A stretch of DNA of 64,000 bases from positions 1,187 to 65,186 of the forward strand of contig JBDIAV010000004.1 in the NCBI GenBank assembly GCA_039812645.1, in the 5' to 3' direction. The notes below the pieces were generated by a model. It saw only the letters and a list, made by a program, of their open reading frames with translations, ran no database searches and had not been told where the DNA came from. Origin of the DNA: Actinomycetaceae bacterium (GTDB taxonomy: Bacteria; Actinomycetota; Actinomycetes; Actinomycetales; Actinomycetaceae). This document shows positions 60,254 to 64,000 of the stretch, piece after piece; positions within the stretch are counted from its first letter, which is position 1; each line of letters opens with the position of its first letter. The translations under genes and the position numbers were made by a program.

Positions 60254-60706
60254 ATGGCAGCACTTTCGGAGCTCGTTACGGATGACAGGGTGATTCTTCA
60301 TCAGGTCGTTGGGGATTGGCGCGAGGCAATCTCAGCAGTAGCGGCCCCTCTTATTGCCGATGGGTCGATCCTGCCGGCGTATGTGGATTCGATGATCAAG
60401 GCAGTCGACGAATTTGGGCCGTACATCGTACTGGTTCCACACATCGCATTGGCCCATGCCAGGCCAGATGGGGCTGTGAATCGTCAAGCCATGAGCGTGA
60501 TGACGCTGGCTGAACCGGTCTATTTTGGTCATGCCGAGAACGATCCGGTGTCGATTGTCTTTTGTTTAGCGGCGACCGATAACCGCTCGCACATGGATGC
60601 CTTGAAATCGTTTGTCTCGATCGCGGCGGACTCGCAGCGGGTCGCGCGGCTAACGGCCGCATCTACTGTGACGGAATTTCAACAGATCTTGCGCGAAGCA
60701 GCCTGA
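60254..60706 (+). CDS. PTS EIIA component (UlaC/mannitol-fructose type)
   Basis: DWREAI, GPYIVLVPHIALAHARP and NDPV motifs. ATG 60254 follows RBS AGAAGGGA. Confidence 0.92.
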   Translation: MAALSELVTDDRVILHQVVGDWREAISAVAAPLIADGSILPAYVDSMIKAVDEFGPYIVLVPHIALAHARPDGAVNRQAMSVMTLAEPVYFGHAENDPVSIVFCLAATDNRSHMDALKSFVSIAADSQRVARLTAASTVTEFQQILREAA

Positions 60707-60756
60707 GTTGCCGTCCCAGCGGCAAACAGAACGCGCACATTTACAAGGAGAACAAC

Positions 60757-61065
60757 ATGGCTAAGCGCCTAACAATCTATTTCATTTGCGGTGCGGGCCT
60801 CGGAAGCAGTCTGGCCTGCCAGATGGAGGCCGAGGAAGTCCTCCGCCAAGCCGGTGTCAACGCCAATCTGCAGCACGAGGGGATTTCCTCCGTGCCAGGT
60901 GTCAGAGCGGACATTGTGGTTTCGGCTGAGAACTTTAAGTCCCAGATCGACAAGTACGAGCTGGACCCGTCGATTTCGTTCGTTTATCTACGCAACATCG
61001 TTGACCAGAACGAGATTGGGGAGAAGCTGCTGCCGGTCGTGAGGCAGAAGGAGCAGTCAGCATGA
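60757..61065 (+). CDS. PTS EIIB component (UlaB/lactose-cellobiose-ascorbate type)
   Basis: CGAGLGSS phosphorylation loop. Confidence 0.92.
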   Translation: MAKRLTIYFICGAGLGSSLACQMEAEEVLRQAGVNANLQHEGISSVPGVRADIVVSAENFKSQIDKYELDPSISFVYLRNIVDQNEIGEKLLPVVRQKEQSA

Positions 61066-62354
61066 GTGTGATCAATTGGATCATCTCGAACGTCTTCACC
61101 CAGGCGGGAATAGTTATCGCTCTTATAGCGATGCTCGGTTTGCTGCTGCAGCGTAAAGGCACCGGCGAAGTCATCATCGGTACCTTTAAGACGTTGCTGG
61201 GCTTCAGCGTTCTTGCCGCTGGCTCAGGAATTCTCGTCCAGACGCTGATCATCTTCGGGAAGATGTTTGAAGCGGCCTTCAATATGACGGGTATTGTCCC
61301 GAGCATCGAGGCAGTGAACGGATTCGCCACCAATGATCTTGGCCTGGGAGGCCAGATCGCGTTGGCCTTCCTCGGAATCTTCATCGTGAACATCCTGCTG
61401 GCGCGCTTTACCAAGTGGAAGTACATCTTCCTCACGGGGCAGGCGATTCTCTGGATGGCCACGATGACGGTGGTGTTTGGCTACGCGGCCGGACTGCGTG
61501 GCGCGTGGCTCATCGCCACAGCGAGCTTGGTGGGTGGCTTCTTTGCCGTGGCCATGCCAGCTCTCGCGCAGCCGATCGTCCGGAAGATTACCGGCAACGA
61601 TGCCATCGCTCTGGGACACTTCTGCACCGTTGGTTACCTCTTTGAAGCCGGGGTTGCCTGGTTGGTGCGTAAGCGCAACGTGGAGAAGCAGCCGTCGGTC
61701 GAGGAACTCAAGCTTCCTCGCTCGTTGGAGTTCCTGCAGGACACCTACATGTCCCTCGCCGTCGTCATGATTCCTCTCTACCTCATCACGGCCGGTTTCG
61801 CAGGCCCCGAGGTAGTTGCCGAGGACGCCGGGAGCCTCAACTACATGATGTTTGCCTTCCTGCAGGCTATTCAGTTCGTTGTGGGCGTCTATGTGCTCAT
61901 GGCCGGTGTACGACTCCTCCTGGGAGAAATCGTCCCCGCCTTCCGCGGCATCTCGATGAAGCTTGTGCCCAACGCCAAGCCCGCACTCGACTGCCCGGTT
62001 CTGTTCCCGCACAGCCCGAATGCCGTCATCGTTGGTTTCATCACCACAACGATCGGCTCGGTGATTGCGATGTTCACGCTGCCGCTCATTGGTTTTGCGG
62101 TGATTGTTCCGGGCATGCTGACGAACTTCTTCGCCGGCGGTACCGCGGGAATCTTCGGAAATGTTGTAGGAGGCCGCCGTGGCGCAATTATCGGTGGAGT
62201 CGCGCACGGTCTCTTCATCACGTTGCTACCAGCGCTGCTGGTGACCACGTTCCTCAGCCTGGGTTTCCCCAGCCTGTCCGCAACTGACTCCGACACCATC
62301 GTGGCCGCGTTGTTCTTCGCCTACGTCGTCGGTCCCATCATGAAGGCGTTCTAG
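61062..62354 (+). CDS. PTS ascorbate-family EIIC (UlaA/SgaT-like)
   Basis: GTFKTLLGF, IFLTGQ, IALGHF, FVVGVYVLMAGVR, PAFRGIS, PALDCP, FFAGGTAG.FGN and DSDT motifs. Confidence 0.92.
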   Translation: MSVINWIISNVFTQAGIVIALIAMLGLLLQRKGTGEVIIGTFKTLLGFSVLAAGSGILVQTLIIFGKMFEAAFNMTGIVPSIEAVNGFATNDLGLGGQIALAFLGIFIVNILLARFTKWKYIFLTGQAILWMATMTVVFGYAAGLRGAWLIATASLVGGFFAVAMPALAQPIVRKITGNDAIALGHFCTVGYLFEAGVAWLVRKRNVEKQPSVEELKLPRSLEFLQDTYMSLAVVMIPLYLITAGFAGPEVVAEDAGSLNYMMFAFLQAIQFVVGVYVLMAGVRLLLGEIVPAFRGISMKLVPNAKPALDCPVLFPHSPNAVIVGFITTTIGSVIAMFTLPLIGFAVIVPGMLTNFFAGGTAGIFGNVVGGRRGAIIGGVAHGLFITLLPALLVTTFLSLGFPSLSATDSDTIVAALFFAYVVGPIMKAF

Positions 62355-62364
62355 GGAGTAAACA

Positions 62365-62799
62365 ATGGGATTCTTCAGAAGGAAAAAGTCTGCTGTCACG
62401 CCGCAGCCCGCCGATTCGGCGCCGGCGTCGAGTCCGGCGAGTGGGTCCGACGACGACGGCGCCGCGCCCGGCGTACCAACGCCCGGCGTACCAACACCCG
62501 TCGCGGGTGATCTCACCCCGGAAGGTGGCCTCACCCCGGAAGAACGCGCGGATGAGCTGGACAAGCTCGCCGATGCAGCGCAAAGCCGCGGCGAGATCGA
62601 CCAGGCAATCGCGTACTACGAGGAGAGCCTCGCAGCGATGGAGCGCTTTGGCCCCGCCTACAACGGGCTCCTCACCCTCTACAACACGAAGCTGTCTGAG
62701 AGCGCTCATGCGAAGGACAACGCGGCCATTGAAGGCTGGACCAGCAAGTTGGACCAGCTCATGGATCTGTCCAAGCGCATTATGCGGTCAAAATACTGA
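62365..62799 (+). CDS. Hypothetical protein with Pro-rich linker and TPR-like helical C-terminus
   Basis: Own RBS (GGGAG), 10-12 bp gaps to both neighbours, helical ELDKLADAAQSRGEIDQAIAYYEES region. Confidence 0.75.
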   Translation: MGFFRRKKSAVTPQPADSAPASSPASGSDDDGAAPGVPTPGVPTPVAGDLTPEGGLTPEERADELDKLADAAQSRGEIDQAIAYYEESLAAMERFGPAYNGLLTLYNTKLSESAHAKDNAAIEGWTSKLDQLMDLSKRIMRSKY

Positions 62800-62811
62800 A
62801 AGGACGTACCT

Positions 62812-63666
62812 ATGTACCAATCAATGATTCCTATGCTCGAGGAAGCGACGCGTCTGGGCTATACCGTTGGCGCTTTCAACGCTCACAATCTGGAGATGGT
62901 TCCGGCTATGATCGGTGCCGCTCGCGATGCGGGCGCTCCCATCATTATCCAGATTTCTCCGGGAACTGCCCGTTATGTGGGGATGAAGAATCTGGTAGCC
63001 GTGTGCCGCTCTATGGCGGAGGAAGACATCGTTGATGTAGCTCTCCACCTCGACCATGCAACGAATCTCGATGATATTCGCGACGCGATCAACGCCGGGT
63101 TCTCGTCGGTGATGTTTGATGGTTCGGGTCTTCCGTTCACGGAGAACGTGGCTATCTCGCGGCGAGTCATCGAATTCGCGCACAAGCGGGGAGTTTCGGT
63201 GGAAACCGAGATTGGAACCATCGGCGGAACAGAAGAAGGCATTAGCCACGAGACCGGGAACTACACCCAACCCGACGAGGCGTTGCGTTTCGTCTCCGAA
63301 GTGGACTGTGATGCGCTCGCGATCAGCATTGGCACGAACCACGGCCAGTTCCGTGGCAAGACGAAGCTGAACTTCGAGTTGCTCTCGGAGATCAATGAGG
63401 TCATTGACAAGCCCTTAGTGATCCATGGCGGAACCGGCGTTAACGAGGCCGACTACCCTCGACTCACCGCGAACGGCATCAGGAAGTTCAATGTGGGTAC
63501 CGAACTTCTTGTGAGCTGGACGAACACAGCGAAAGAAACCTTCGGCCAGACCGCGGTGAACTCCTCGCTACGAAACAACATCGTTCCGTGTAACGACGCC
63601 GTGCGCGACGTCGTCGCACACAAGATCGGGCTCTTTATGAAGAGTCCCGTTCCCTCACATTCGTGA
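62812..63666 (+). CDS. Class II ketose-bisphosphate aldolase (fructose/tagatose type)
   Basis: VGAFN, LHLDH, FSSVMFDGS, ETEIGTIGG, IGTNHG, LVIHGGTG and KFNVGT motifs. Confidence 0.94.
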   Translation: MYQSMIPMLEEATRLGYTVGAFNAHNLEMVPAMIGAARDAGAPIIIQISPGTARYVGMKNLVAVCRSMAEEDIVDVALHLDHATNLDDIRDAINAGFSSVMFDGSGLPFTENVAISRRVIEFAHKRGVSVETEIGTIGGTEEGISHETGNYTQPDEALRFVSEVDCDALAISIGTNHGQFRGKTKLNFELLSEINEVIDKPLVIHGGTGVNEADYPRLTANGIRKFNVGTELLVSWTNTAKETFGQTAVNSSLRNNIVPCNDAVRDVVAHKIGLFMKSPVPSHS

Positions 63667-63674
63667 TGACGGTG

Positions 63675-63713
63675 GGTGGTTCCCGGAGATCCGCAACGAT
63701 CCCGGGAACCACC
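63675..63713 (+). terminator. Hairpin between aldolase and kinase genes
   Basis: GGTGGTTCCCGG...CCGGGAACCACC, 12-bp stem plus an inner GATC/GATC stem. Confidence 0.6.
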
Positions 63714-63734
63714 TCCCACAATGAAAGGCTTGAC

Positions 63735-64000
63735 GTGTATGCCCGAGCATTGGTGCTCATAGCTGGGCTTCCCGGCACCGGAAAGAGCCGCCTGTCCCAG
63801 CTCGTTTGTGAAGCCCTCGGTCCTTTGACAGAGATTTCTATCGATCCAATTAAAGAATCGACCTGGGATAGGGAGGGGTTCGACTCGCTGGAAGAGAAGC
63901 GCATGTTGGACGGGGTCGCACTGTCTCAATTTTTTAGCCTCATCGAACGATCCATGCAACGGTCTGAACGGATTATCGCGGACTACCCGTTGAGCGAGAA
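63735..64000 (+). CDS. P-loop small-molecule kinase (AAA_33-like), 5' part
   Basis: Not in the ORF track. From GTG 63735 (RBS GAAAGG): VYARALVLIAGLPGTGKSRLSQ...SIDPIKES...IIADYP. Open to the window end. Confidence 0.82.
   Translation, partial: MYARALVLIAGLPGTGKSRLSQLVCEALGPLTEISIDPIKESTWDREGFDSLEEKRMLDGVALSQFFSLIERSMQRSERIIADYPLSE

Overview
GC-rich actinobacterial chromosome segment. An Actinomycetaceae-like origin is inferred from gene content, the typA-fdxA-dapC-gltA synteny and frequent leaderless starts. It is mostly metabolic and housekeeping DNA, with no integrase, transposase, tRNA, rRNA or CRISPR array that I can recognise. In order: lower mevalonate pathway operon (mvaK1-mvaD-mvaK2) translationally coupled to an upstream TctA-like permease and a small 2-TM protein; NYN nuclease; FAH-family enzyme; TetR/permease pair with a tandem operator; beta-glucoside PTS locus with RAT antiterminator, GH1 and BglG, flanked by a Cof phosphatase and a lipoprotein histidine phosphatase; NDH-2; a large secreted GH49 dextranase-like protein with a palindromic operator and ROK regulator; assorted enzymes and transporters; kup; lipAB; opp; an AAA/DUF4143-type ATPase preceded by four exactly 23-bp-phased direct repeats; typA; VanW-family protein; fdxA-dapC; a lower-GC two-gene cassette resembling an unfused CapRel-type toxic small alarmone synthetase plus antitoxin; gltA; and an ascorbate-family PTS operon with an unknown protein, a class II aldolase and a P-loop kinase. 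Best leads: the toxSAS-antitoxin cassette (56.7-57.9 kb), the candidate mevalonate importer (2.65-4.35 kb), the repeat-preceded AAA ATPase (48.9-50.3 kb), the orphan-substrate PTS pathway (60.2-64 kb) and the multidomain GH49. All family assignments come from motif recognition by eye, not from database searches.
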